Shown: positions 1-10,241, counted from the whole stretch's first letter. The stretch is 63,427 bases of DNA, filler included, from an uncultured archaeon (GCA_964442255.1; 3 parts of 3 records of this genome joined end to end with filler, not necessarily neighbours in it), one strand, 5' to 3'. Notes: generated from the letters alone by a model not told the origin. Numbers and translations: made by a program.

Positions 1-120
1 TTCTCCGCCGAAGGCGGCCCTTTTTAATCAAACTTTTTGGAAAAAAGTTTGTTTTGATAAAACTTTTGGAAAAAAGTTTTTTGGCGAAGCAATCCGCAAA
101 CCGCTGCCTGAAGGCAGCGG
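1..120. repeat. Cluster of palindromic hairpin repeats at contig start
   Basis: CCGCCGAAGGCGG, AAACTTTTTGGAAAAAAGTTT, AAACTTTTGGAAAAAAGTTT; bases 1-41 are a near-exact reverse complement of 55756-55795. Confidence 0.85.
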
Positions 121-315
121 ATTTCTTTGGGTTGTTAAAATCAATTTTTTTGGCGCCTTACGCAAGAATTATCCCGATGCATCTGACAATAATTTTTGGG
201 GGAATTTTCCTTGCGTCAGGAGTGGGCGGAACCGTTGTGCTCGTGTTCTTCCTCCTGCTTAACTGCCGCCGACGCGGGAATGCATGCGCTGAAGCACGCC
301 AACAAAAAGAATTAA
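121..315 (+). pseudogene. C-terminal fragment of a DUF6498-like membrane protein, frameshifted
   Basis: APYARIIPMHLTIIFGG motif plus TM segment; a frame change near 262 gives TAADAGMHALKHA; no N-terminal part. Confidence 0.5.
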
Positions 316-323
316 ATAGAGTT

Positions 324-445
324 ATAGCCATGGACATAAATAATTGAACTTTTGTACATTAGGAAATGCTTTAGTTTGCCAAAATGCAGGCAAAAAACAA
401 GGTTCCAAAAACCAAAAAGTTTCCAAAACTTATGTCCGATACTAT
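324..445. mobile_element. ~122-bp MITE-like element, copy 1
   Basis: Imperfect terminal inverted repeats ATAGccatGGACATAA...TTATGTCCgataCTAT; near-identical copy at 55531-55653. Confidence 0.7.
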
Positions 446-460
446 TAAACCAAATATTCT

Positions 461-940
461 GTGTTTTACATGGAATTCAGATGGCTATCGGAAGTAAAAA
501 GAGGCTCTCAGGGCTTCCAAAATCTGGTCAAGGATTTGGCGGAAGCGGGAAAGGGCCGCGAAGGAAACTGGAATGAAGAAAAAATAATCGATTACCTTGA
601 AAGGCATTCCTATGATTGCCTGCTTGCGCTCGACGGAAAAAAGTTTGCAGGCTTTTGGGCGGTGAACAAGGACAAAGAATCAGGAATAATGAAAGGGTTT
701 ATGGTTTATGTTTCCCCAGAACACCAGGGAAAAGGGTTATCCAGGGCTCTGACCGTGGAGCTTGCAAAAAGGGCGCATTCAGAAGGCTTCAGCCACGGGC
801 AGCTTGGCTTGGGCAAAGGAAAAATTTCAAGGGTTCTTGCAAGTACACAGAGAAAAAGAAAAGAACTTGGGGCAAGCGGATTCAGTTTCAACCATAAAAC
901 AGGGAAAGTGGTCTTTCCTAAGAGAAAAATAAGGGGTTAA
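461..940 (+). CDS. GNAT family N-acetyltransferase (5' end possibly disrupted by the MITE)
   Basis: VYVSPEHQGKGLSRAL acetyl-CoA binding motif A. Confidence 0.75.
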   Translation: MFYMEFRWLSEVKRGSQGFQNLVKDLAEAGKGREGNWNEEKIIDYLERHSYDCLLALDGKKFAGFWAVNKDKESGIMKGFMVYVSPEHQGKGLSRALTVELAKRAHSEGFSHGQLGLGKGKISRVLASTQRKRKELGASGFSFNHKTGKVVFPKRKIRG

Positions 941-1184
941 GAAGTGTATTGGTACAGAGATCCCACAGAAAGCTTTATAAATCCGCATATTAATATATAT
1001 TATAGAAATTCTCATTTCCAGAAGCCCTGAACCGGGTTTCGAAAATAAGCAGTTAATGCTTAATTGCCTCCATCCATTTTTATGGGTGCAAAGAAGCAGG
1101 CCTCTGGCGTGCCTCCCGCACCCAGAAAGGGATTCAAGCTTTTTTGAATCTAAGTGGTTTGATTCATTTCCATTTCCTTTTCAG

Positions 1185-1425
1185 GTTTTGGGAAAAGTTT
1201 GCAGGCTAAGCCAGGTTTTGCAGAATCTTTTTTTTCAAAAAGTTTGTCGGCGAAGCCGAATTGGCAAAGCCGGTTTTGATGAAACTTTTTTGAAAAGTTT
1301 CTTTTGGCGGAGCCTTTTTTTGATGAAACTTTTTTGAAAAGTTTCTTTTGCTCAAGCTTTTCTTAAAAGCTTGTCCGGCGAAGCCGGGTTTTTTGATCAA
1401 ACTTTTTTTCCAAAAAAGTTTGGCT
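1185..1425. repeat. Array of TTTTGAT-footed palindromic hairpins upstream of 16S
   Basis: Repeated TTTTGAT-GAAACTTTTTTGAAAAGTTTC units interspersed with GGCGAAGCC mini-hairpins. Confidence 0.85.
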
Positions 1426-1452
1426 GAAAGGAAATCTGGAGTTGAATTTCCC
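1420..1452 (+). other. 5' arm of the pre-16S BHB processing stem
   Basis: TTGGCTGA-AAGG-[AAA]-TCTGGAGTTGAATT pairs with 3228-3259 AATTCAACTCCAGG-CCTT-[TAA]-TCAGCCAA: 4-bp helix and two 3-nt bulges. Confidence 0.85.
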
Positions 1453-1480
1453 ATCCAATTTCATTAAGTATTCCAAACTG

Positions 1481-3155
1481 ATTCCAGCTGATCCTGCTGG
1501 AGGATACTGCTATTGAAGTTCGATTTAGACATGCAAGTCCCAAAGGCAAAGCCATGATTGCTTTTGGCGAACGGCTCAGTAACACGTAGGTAACCTACCC
1601 TTGAGCGGAGCCAAACCCGGGAAACTGGGCATAATGCTCCATAGGCGAAGGCAACTGGAAGGTGCCTTCACTGAAACGCAAGCACTTCATGCTGTGCAAG
1701 CGCTCAAGGATGGGCTTGCGGCGGATTAGGTTGTTGGCGGGGTAACTGCCCACCAAGCCGAAGATCCGTACGGGCTTTGAAAGAAGTGGCCCGGAGAAGG
1801 GAACTGAGATAAGGTCCCTAGCCCCACGGGGTGCAGCAGTCGCGAAACCTTTACAATGCGCGCAAGCGTGATAAGGGAACTTCAAGTGCCGGCAATGCCG
1901 GCTTTTACGGAGTTTAAATCGCTCCGTGAATAAGTGGGGGGCAAGATACGTGCCAGCCGCCGCGGTAACACGTACTCCACTAGTGGTGTCCACTAATATT
2001 GGGCCTAAAAAGTTCGTAGCCGGTTCAATAAGTCTTTGGTGAAAGCAGTGGGCTTAACCCATTGAAGCGCCTAAGATACTGTTGGACTCGGGACCGGGAG
2101 AGGTCAAGGGAATTTTCGGGGTAGCGGTGAAATGTTGTAATCCTGAAAAGACCACCCGTAGCGAAGGCGCTTGACCAGAACGGCTCTGACGGTGAGGAAC
2201 GAAAGCTGGGGGAGCGACCCGGATTAGATATGGAATTGAGGAAAGAGACACCAAAAGAATTAAATAGAAAGAATGAAGCGAGCTGACCGAGGTGAAATAA
2301 GCATAAGGGAAATCGCAGCCAGTGCGATGTTAAGGAAAATAATTGGTGCCAAGGAAAAAGGCAAAATTTAATTTTTTTCTCTTTTGGCTGTTCTCTTTCT
2401 TCTTTCCACTAAAAACCCGGTTAGTCCCAGCCGTAAACGATGTGGACCAGGTGTCGTAATACCTTTAGGGTACAGCGGTGCCGAAGGGAAGCTGTTAAGT
2501 CCACTGCCTGGGGAGTACACCCGCAAGGGTGAAACTTAATGGAATTGGCGGGGGCGCACTACAAGGGGTGGATGCTGCGGTTTAATTGGATTCAACGCCC
2601 GATAACTTACCAGGGGCGACAGCAGAATGATGGACACTCTGAAGGGGTTTCCTGACGCGCTGAGAGGTGTTGTATGGTCATCGTCAGCTCGTACTATGAA
2701 GCGTCCTGTCAACTCAGGCAACGGGCGAGACCCATGCCCTTAGTTGCTATTTCCAAAAATTTTTTGGGGAGCACTCTAAGGGGACTGCCGAGGCAACTTG
2801 GAGGAAGGAGTGGGCAACGGTAGATCTGTATGGCCCGAATCTCCTGGGCAACACGCGGCATACAATGGCTGAGACAATGGGTTCCGAACCCGAAAGGGCT
2901 AGGTAATCTCCTAAACTCAGCCTCAGTTCGGATTGAGGCCTGTAACTCGGCCCCATGAAACTGGAATCCCCAGTAATCGCGAGTCACGATCTCGCGGTGA
3001 ATCAGTCCCTGCGCCTTGCACACACCGCCCATCAAGCCAGTTGAGTAGAGTTTGGATGAGTTTCATTTACAAGAATGCAACGATTCTGAGTTCTGCAAGA
3101 CGGGCTAAGTTGTAACAAGGTGTCCGTAGGGGAACCTGCGGACGGATCACCTCCT
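1481..3155 (+). rRNA. rrs: 16S rRNA (archaeal), interrupted by an intron at 2230-2414
   Basis: ATTCCAGCTGATCCTGC start, GTGCCAGCCGCCGCGGTAA, GGATTAGAT/ACCC, CACACACCGCCC, GGATCACCTCCT 3' end. Confidence 0.98.
2230..2414 (+). other. 185-nt BHB-type intron in 16S (between E. coli 793/794)
   Basis: TTAG/CTAA helix, bulges AT^A and AA^A, TGGAA/TTCCA stem; removal restores GGATTAGATACCCGG. Confidence 0.9.
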
Positions 3156-3156
3156 T

Positions 3157-3620
3157 CAAAAAAACCTTTTTAGAAAAAAGGTTTACCAAAAAAGTGTGGC
3201 TTACGCCACGCCCTTTTTGGAAAAACAGGGAATTCAACTCCAGGCCTTTAATCAGCCAAGAAAGCTTTNNNNNNNNNNNNNNNNNNNNNNNNNNNNNNNN
3301 NNNNNNNNNNNNNNNNNNNNNNNNNNNNNNNNNNNNNNNNNNNNNNNNNNNNNNNNNNNNNNNNNNNNTTGGAAAAAAGCTTTAGCAAAAAGGAGGCTTA
3401 CGCCAAGAAAGCTTTTTGGAAAAAAGCTTTAGCAAAAAGGAGGCTTACGCCAAGAAAGCTTTTTGGAAAACCTTGTAAATGCTTTGCGTCGTTAAAAAAC
3501 CTTTCGGTTTTTTGACGCGTCGGAAACCTGCAGGTTTCCAACGTTACGAGGCCCCGCAAACCTTAAGGTTTGCAAGGAAGCTTTAGCAAAAAGGGCCGCC
3601 TCCGGCGGAAAAACTTTTAG
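3157..3620. repeat. ITS hairpin repeats including a ~47-bp tandem unit; contains an assembly gap
   Basis: AAACCTTTTTAGAAAAAAGGTTTACCAAAA; AAAAAAGCTTTAGCAAAAAGGAGGCTTACGCCAAGAAAGCTTTTTGG at least twice. Confidence 0.8.
3228..3259 (+). other. 3' arm of the pre-16S BHB processing stem
   Basis: Complementary to 1420-1452. Confidence 0.85.
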
Positions 3621-3790
3621 GGAAAGAATCAAGCCGCTAAGTTAAGGTAAAAAATCTAACGGGCAATTAATTCCCGTGGTAGCGAGCCCTTTAGGGCGGT
3701 CCGCTTTCTGCCGAACGAAAGTGAGGCAGGCTTACCCCCGGAATGGAGTGAAGGGGGTAGGGCACTGGTGCGAGCTGACAACGGCAGCTC

Positions 3791-3863
3791 GGGCCCATAG
3801 CTCAGCTGGTAGAGCGTCCGGTTTGCAACCGGGAGGCCACGGGTTCGAATCCCGTTGGGTCCA
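3791..3863 (+). tRNA. tRNA-Ala(TGC) in the 16S-23S spacer
   Basis: GGGCCCA acceptor with G3:U70, anticodon loop TTTGCAA, GTTCGAATC T-loop. Confidence 0.97.
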
Positions 3864-4215
3864 ATTCTATTTTTGCCTTAATTTCTTACCTTTATTTCCC
3901 TCCATATGTTGAGGGTTTTTTTTGCGAACCCTTTAGGGTGAGCATTTCTACCTCCGAAGGAGGTAGTGATTCGTTACTGCCGCACGAAAGCGGCAAAGCA
4001 CGTCGCAAGTTTTTTTGCGGGGGAAGCACAATTGAATTGCGGAAGAAGACATTCCTGCGAGCACGCAAGTGCGAGCAGATCTACTACCGAACGCAAGTGA
4101 GGTGGTACTGTGTCAACCGAAAGGGGTTTCCGAGCGTTAGCGAGGAAGATCTACCTCCGAAGCGTAAGCGAAGGAGGTAGGACACGGGTGTCAACTGACC
4201 GTGACAGTTGTGGTG

Positions 4216-4245
4216 CAGAGGCAAGTCTATCATGTAAAGAGTTCC
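4216..4245 (+). other. 5' arm of the pre-23S BHB processing stem
   Basis: CAGAGGCA-AGTC-[TAT]-CATGTAAAGAGTTCC pairs with 7210-7239 GGAACTCTTTGCATG-GGCT-[TCA]-TGCCTCTG. Confidence 0.85.
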
Positions 4246-7217
4246 GTAAGCCAGCTAGTGGATAACTAGGCTTAAGCGTCGAAGAAGGGCGTGGCAAGCT
4301 GCGAAAAGCTTTGGCGAGGCGCATGCAGCCGTTGAGCCAAGGATTCCTTAATTGTTCCGAAAGGAATGGCGACGCAGGGAATTGAAGTATCTTAGTACCT
4401 GCAGGAAAAGAAAGCAATTGCGATGCCGTTATTACCGTCGAGGGAACACGGCACAGGGCAAACTGAATCCCCTTCAGCAATGAAGGGGAGATGTGGTGCG
4501 GCCCGGTTAATGTCCTGAAAGCTAAACCGAAGTCTCTTGGAACAGAGCGCCGCAGGGGGTGAAAGCCCCGTAGGTGAAAGCCGGAGGGATAATTTCCGGA
4601 GTCCATGAGTACCATGCATTGGGTATTGCGTGGGAATATGGGAGTATTAGGTCCCAACCCTAAATACGTCTTAAGTCCGATAGCACACTAGTACTGTGAA
4701 GGAAAGTTGAAAAGCACCCTTAACAGGGGTTGAAAAGCACTTGAAACTAGCTGGTTACAGTAAGGCACGGCCTGAAAGAGGAGACGTTTTTTGAAGGAAG
4801 CACTCGCAAGGGTGTTGTACGAGGAAAACTGATCGGGGTCGTGCCGTTCGTCTTGAATCACGAGCAAGGGAGTTTGCGTGTGTGGCAAGGTTAGGCCGTT
4901 CAGCGGTTAAGCCAAAGGGAAACCGAGTCCACGCATTCCGAAAGGTTGAGGTGGAGAGTGCGAATAACGCTTGAGTCACACGTGCAAGACCCGAAGCCAG
5001 GTGATCTACTCCTGGGCAAGGTGAAGCCATTCAACCGAATGGCGGAAGCCTGCTACCAGTGCTAGTCTATCTGCTTGGGTGACCTGGGAGTAGGAGTAAT
5101 ATGCCATCCGAACCTGGCGATAGCGGGCTCCTTCCGAATTAGCCCTCAGGCTAGCCTTGCCGGAGAGCGGCAACGGGGTAGAGATACTGATTAGAAAGTA
5201 CTGGTTGGAAACTTCCAGCTTTCTTGTCAAACTCCAAATCCGTTGCCCTCATTGAAGGCAGGAGTAGGGGTTAAGGGGTAAGCCCTTAATCCAAGAGGGG
5301 AACAACCCAAACCGAGGTTAAGGCCCATAAATGCTGGTCAAGTGTAAATGGAAAAGAGTCTTCACCCTAAAACAGCGGGGAGGTTGGCTTAGAAGCAGCC
5401 ATCCTTTAAAGAAAGCGTAACAGCTCACCCGCCTAGGTTGAAGGCCTTGAAAATAAACTGGGCTCAAACCAGCTGCCGATACCCCGGGGATTTCTCCGAG
5501 GAGAAAGATTCAGTAGGAAGGTGTTCCGGTGGAGCAGAAGCAGGTGCGAGAGGACCTGTGGATCCTCCGGAAAAATGGATCCTTGCGCCAGTAATAACCA
5601 AGAAGGGTGAGAATCCCTTCCGCCGAAAGGGCTAGGGTTCCTTAGCGCTGATCGTCAGCTAAGGGTTAGTCGGTCCTAAATGCGCCCCTAACCGGGAGCC
5701 GCATGAAAGGGAAACAGGTTCATATTCCTGTACCGCGTGAATACGTTTTCGGCAACGATTGGCGGAAAGCTGACACTTTGGGCTAGGCAAAGCATTCTTG
5801 TCTGAATGCTTAACCGGAATAAGTCTCTGGAGAACTGTAATGGTGAGAAAGAGATTAAATCCGGGAACAGGCGCAAGCTTTTGCTGAGGCCTGGAGTCCT
5901 TGAAAAGGTTTTCCGCAAGGATTTCGCGCGTCCGTACCAAGAACCGGGAAAGGTGCCCCTGGCTGAAAAGGCCTAGGCGTAACAGGATAACTAAACCAAG
6001 GGAATTCGGCAAAATGGCCCCGTATCTTTGGTATAAGGGGTGCCTGCAATTGCGTAAATTGCAGGTTGCAATGACAAAAGGAGTCCGACTGTTTACCAAA
6101 AACACAGGTCCCTGCCAGCCAGCAATGGTGTGAATAGGGGCTGACTTCTGCTCACTGCCAGTACGTCAAACTCTCGTTCAAGGGAGCTAAGCGCTGGTGA
6201 AGAGCGGGCCTAACTCTGAGGCTCTCACGGTAGCGTAATACCTTGCCGGTTTAATGCCGGCTTGCACCAATGAAGCAACGAGATTCCTACTGTCCCTGGT
6301 TTAGACCTGATGAACTCACTGCGTGGTGAATATGCCACGGATTCCCAATGGGAAGAGAAGACCCCACGGAGGTTTACTACAGTCTGATGCTGGGGTGTGG
6401 TTTTTGTTGTACAGCGTAGATGGCAGGCTTCGAAGCAGTTTCGTCAGGAATTGTGGAGCCGCCAATGTAACACCATCCCATAAAAACCGCACTTCTAACC
6501 CGCAAGGGAACAACATTTGATGGGTAGTTGGACTGGGGTGGTACGCCCCTGAAAAGATATCAGGGGCGCCCAAAGGTTTGCTCAGGCGAGTCAGAAATTC
6601 GCCGTAGAGGGCAAGACCAAAAGCAAGCTTGACCGTGTTCAGCAAAGCAATGAACGCGGATTCGAAAGAAGGGTCTAGCGAACGTCAGTGCCCTTTTAAT
6701 GGGGGCCTGGACTTACAGTGAACTTATCCTGGGGGTAATTGAGTGGTAGCGGGTGAGAGTACATATCGACCCCGCTGTTTGCGACCTCGCCGTCGTCTCA
6801 AGGCATCCTGGCCGTGCATAAGCGGCCAAGGGTGGAGGTGTTAACTCATTAAAGCCTTACGTTAGTTGGGTTAAGAACGGTGCGAGCCAGTTTGGATACT
6901 ATCTATTGGGGATGTGGATTGCTTGAGGGTAAGATCCGATGAGTACGAGAGGAACGTCGGGTCGTGGCCTCTGGTGTGCCAGTTGTCTGACAAGGCACTG
7001 CTGGGTAGCTACGCCGCACAGGGATAAGAGCTGAAAGCATCTAAGCTCGAAGCCCCTCCCGAAAATAAGCAATCATTCCTGAAGGCCCTTGTTCTGCGGA
7101 ACAGGGGAGATAGGGACAAGAGCTCCGGTAGAACACCGGTTTGATAGGCTGGAGGTGTAAGCAAAAAGCTTCGGCGATTTGTTCAGCCCACCAGTACTAA
7201 ACGCTCAAGGGAACTCT
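4238..7217 (+). rRNA. rrl: 23S rRNA (ends approximate)
   Basis: CCGATAGC..AGTAC.GTGAAGGAAAG, GAGAAGACCCC, P-loop GACTGGGGTGGT, sarcin-ricin loop AGTACGAGAGGAAC at about 6942. Confidence 0.97.
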
Positions 7218-7281
7218 TTGCATGGGCTTCATGCCTCTGAATCAACGCTTTCAAAACGTGCACACTAAAAAGTGAATTTAA

Positions 7282-7563
7282 ATGAAGATTCCAAAGGAAG
7301 TAAACACGTACTGCCCAAAATGCAAGGCGCACAAAAAGCATAAACTCAAACAATACAAGACTGTCGGGTTTGGGGGAATGCGCAAGGACGCGAAAGGAAA
7401 CCGCGTGAAAACCCGCGGTCGTAGTGGGTATGGCGGACAGTACGAGTTTGTGGGAAAAGTGAAAAAGCAAACCAAAAGGCCTGCATTTCTGGCAACCTGC
7501 TCTGTCTGCGGAAAAAAGCATTATTACGTTTACAAGGCGCGGATGAAGTTTACAACCGAATGA
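7282..7563 (+). CDS. rpl44e: 50S ribosomal protein L44e
   Basis: MKIPKEVNTYCPKCKAHKKH, GYGGQ, KQTKR, second CxxC. Confidence 0.93.
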   Translation: MKIPKEVNTYCPKCKAHKKHKLKQYKTVGFGGMRKDAKGNRVKTRGRSGYGGQYEFVGKVKKQTKRPAFLATCSVCGKKHYYVYKARMKFTTE

Positions 7564-8111
7564 TGCTAATTTTTTTATAATCCTTAAACTATTTTAGAAA
7601 CTTAACTTTATTTTCATAATCGTAAATCATGTTACATCAACGGTATTCAGAAAAGGGTATGTGTTCTTTCTGCACAGTATTAACCCACAAAGGCTTCCCA
7701 CTTGAGCCATAAAAAACAGTTATGGCAGAGGTAAATTTTTTCATTGGTTGATAATATTCAACTTTGTAAACTGCCGGTTCGCCTACCCCGCTGCGATGCA
7801 GTTCCCCAATAAAGGTGAGTCTTGCATTCTTTCCAGAAACCAAAAAAGGCAAGATGGCATTTTTTTCCCCGCACCCCCTGCCTAAAGGTTTCAGGTAACT
7901 GCGACAAAATAGCAAAACCACGCCTTGTAAAAACTCTTACTCCCTGATCATATTTAAAGGAGGATTCACCTTCACTTCCCCTTGTCTGCCCCTTTCGCCT
8001 TTTCCCGTGTCCCAACTTTCTACATCTTATCATAGATTAGTTCCACCATAACTACCATAATACTCTTTAAGCTTTTTGCAAGTAAGAATAAATAAACTTA
8101 CGATAGAATAG

Positions 8112-9209
8112 CTATTTCCATTTCCTGAAAAGTTCGCTGAAAACTTTTTCCCCTTTCTCCAGCTCCTTTAATGTGATGTGCTCGTCTGCCCTGTGCGCCT
8201 GCCTTAACTTTGCCTGCCCGTAAATTATTCCCTGAATTCCATGAAAAGCCATTTCCGAGCACTCTGAAGCCGCGGTGAAGCCTGTTAAAGCGGGGTTCAT
8301 TTTCAGTTTCCGCAGGGCTGCCTGCATTTCCTCCACTATTTTAGAGTTTTTCGGGGTTTCACAGGGATCCACCAACTTTAAAAGCCTGCAGTCAAAGTCC
8401 GAAAAAAACGCAATAAAGTCCCTTGCCTCTGCCTTCGGGTCTTCATTGGGCAGAACTCTTCTGTCAACGTGGATTGTTGCCCTGTCCGGGACACTGCTTG
8501 TTGTCCTGCCTCCCTCAATCCATCTCACGCTTATGGAAGCGTTTCCAAAGAGAGGATATGTTTTTTTGCTTAAATCCTTGTTTCTTTTCTCTATTTTGTG
8601 CACAAGCCCCGCAATCTTGTAAATCGCGTTTTCCCCTTTTTGCGGGGAACTTGCGTGCGCGGATTTTCCTTTCGCTGTTGCCTCCAAAAGGTATTGCCCG
8701 CGGTTTCCAATCGCGATTTTTCCGCCGGTCGGCTCAAGTGAAATGGAGTATTTGATGTTCTTCAGTTTTGTTTTCCTCAGTTTCATTGCCTTGCTGATGC
8801 CTTTCCAGGTGGTTTCCTCGTGGGTGTTAAACAAATAGACAATGTTTTCGTTGAACTGTTCTTTCATTGCAGCCAAAACGCAGGCAATGTTTCCTTTTGT
8901 GTCCGCCGCCCCCCTTCCGTACAGTCTGCCTCCGGAAATCTGCCCCAGTGGATTGTACTTCCATTCCTTTTGGGTAAACGGAACAACGTCCATGTGCCCG
9001 TTTATGAGCAAATCCGCTTCCTTGCCCCCGTAAACAAAAATATTGTAGAGCTTTTTTTCCCTGTCCACAAACTGCCTCCGCGGATTCAGGCCCAAATCCT
9101 TCAGATAAGAGAAAATGTATTCCGCTGTCTCCAGCTCGCCGTGCTCCGGCCTGTCGGAAAGCCTTGAAACAAGGCCTTTAGCCAGCTTCACAACCAATTT
9201 TGAGGGCAC
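8112..9209 (-). CDS. M20 family metallopeptidase (ArgE/DapE-like)
   Basis: NGHMDVVP, LYGRGAADTKG, HEE, EPT, GKSAHAS, AHRADE motifs. Confidence 0.9.
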   Translation of the reverse strand: MPSKLVVKLAKGLVSRLSDRPEHGELETAEYIFSYLKDLGLNPRRQFVDREKKLYNIFVYGGKEADLLINGHMDVVPFTQKEWKYNPLGQISGGRLYGRGAADTKGNIACVLAAMKEQFNENIVYLFNTHEETTWKGISKAMKLRKTKLKNIKYSISLEPTGGKIAIGNRGQYLLEATAKGKSAHASSPQKGENAIYKIAGLVHKIEKRNKDLSKKTYPLFGNASISVRWIEGGRTTSSVPDRATIHVDRRVLPNEDPKAEARDFIAFFSDFDCRLLKLVDPCETPKNSKIVEEMQAALRKLKMNPALTGFTAASECSEMAFHGIQGIIYGQAKLRQAHRADEHITLKELEKGEKVFSELFRKWK

Positions 9210-9308
9210 ACTAAACCTAGCGTTCCCGCCCTATTTATTTGTTTCTTTGCAGGAACAAAGCCTTTTATACCAGAAGCCTTTTATACCGGTTTTCCCCTTA
9301 GTTACCCC

Positions 9309-9608
9309 GTGAACTGGAAGGAATTCCTTAAGCCAAATAAAGAGAAGGCTATCGGCTTTGTGATTCTGTTTTTGGCCTCAATTGCGCTGCATTCCCTTTA
9401 TTTGAATTGCCCCCCAACTTTGGAGCCTTCTCATTGTACCAACTGGCTCAGCTTTATTGGGCTGGTTTTTGAATGGCCTGGCCTGGTTGCTGCCTCGTTT
9501 TTTGGGCAAACCGCCTTCTTCAATTACGTTTTCTTTTCGGTTGACATTATCTACAGCTACCTTTTGTCCTGTTTAATCGTTTTCACCGTAAAAAAAGCGA
9601 AAAAATAG
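9309..9608 (+). CDS. Small membrane protein
   Basis: 99-aa ORF, MNWKEFLKP start, three hydrophobic segments. Confidence 0.65.
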   Translation: MNWKEFLKPNKEKAIGFVILFLASIALHSLYLNCPPTLEPSHCTNWLSFIGLVFEWPGLVAASFFGQTAFFNYVFFSVDIIYSYLLSCLIVFTVKKAKK

Positions 9609-9650
9609 TCTCTGCAAACCTTTTTATTCTTCTTCCTGGGCTATTATTAC

Positions 9651-9927
9651 AGGAGTAGCGGGCAGGCAGCCAACGGTTTTTCCGCAAGGAAAAACTGAGG
9701 AAAGTCCGTCCACCCATTAACTCGAAGGGCTGTCCGAAAGGGCGCCTTTGGGATCAGAAACGCTACTGCCCCAAGCAACACGATGATTGAAGTTGAGTTT
9801 CCTTGGGAAGCAGGTGAAACGGCTCAAAGGCAAAAACCCCTCCGCAAGGAGGGGGAGGGTGCAAGCCGAAAGGCGCTTAGGCGAATGCTGCCGCAGTACA
9901 AAAGACGGCTTATTGCCCGCTGCCCCT
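9651..9927 (+). ncRNA. rnpB: Archaeal RNase P RNA
   Basis: GAGGAAAGTCC and ACAAAAGACGGCTTA (P4), CAGAAA, GAAACGG, GGGTGCAAG; terminal P1 AGGAGTAGCGGGCA/TGCCCGCTGCCCCT. Confidence 0.93.
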
Positions 9928-9998
9928 GTTTTTGAACTATTTCTTGAACCAAAAGGCTTTATAACAGGATATTAATACTTTATTAATGTGGTGATAAT

Positions 9999-10241
9999 GT
10001 GCCCACTGCAATAGTTAAACTGGATGAAGAAGCCAACCGTGTGCTGAACATAATTAAGGCAAAATATGGTTTGCGTGATAAAAGCCAGGCGATTAACCGG
10101 ATGGCTGAAGAATACGAACACGAATTGCTTGAACCCGAGCTCAGGCCTGAGTTCATAGAGAAAATGAGGCAAACCGGGAAAGAGAAAACCGTCAAAGTCA
10201 GGGACATAGACGAATACTTTGAAAGGCTCAAGAAGAGATGA
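9999..10241 (+). CDS. Putative antitoxin (DUF2683-like)
   Basis: NRVLNIIKAKYGLRDKSQAIN..LEPELRPEF; ATGA overlap with the downstream RelE-like gene. Confidence 0.75.
   Translation: MPTAIVKLDEEANRVLNIIKAKYGLRDKSQAINRMAEEYEHELLEPELRPEFIEKMRQTGKEKTVKVRDIDEYFERLKKR

Noticed and set aside
305..320. 16-nt match AAAAGAATTAAATAGA with the 16S intron (about 2253)
   Set aside because: Low-complexity AT-rich match, likely chance
1481..7217. Many ORFs listed inside the rRNA operon
   Set aside because: They are chance ORFs overlapping 16S and 23S rRNA
7637..8033. Two overlapping minus-strand ORFs as a defined gene
   Set aside because: No recognisable motif; they may be a frameshifted orphan, but no call can be supported
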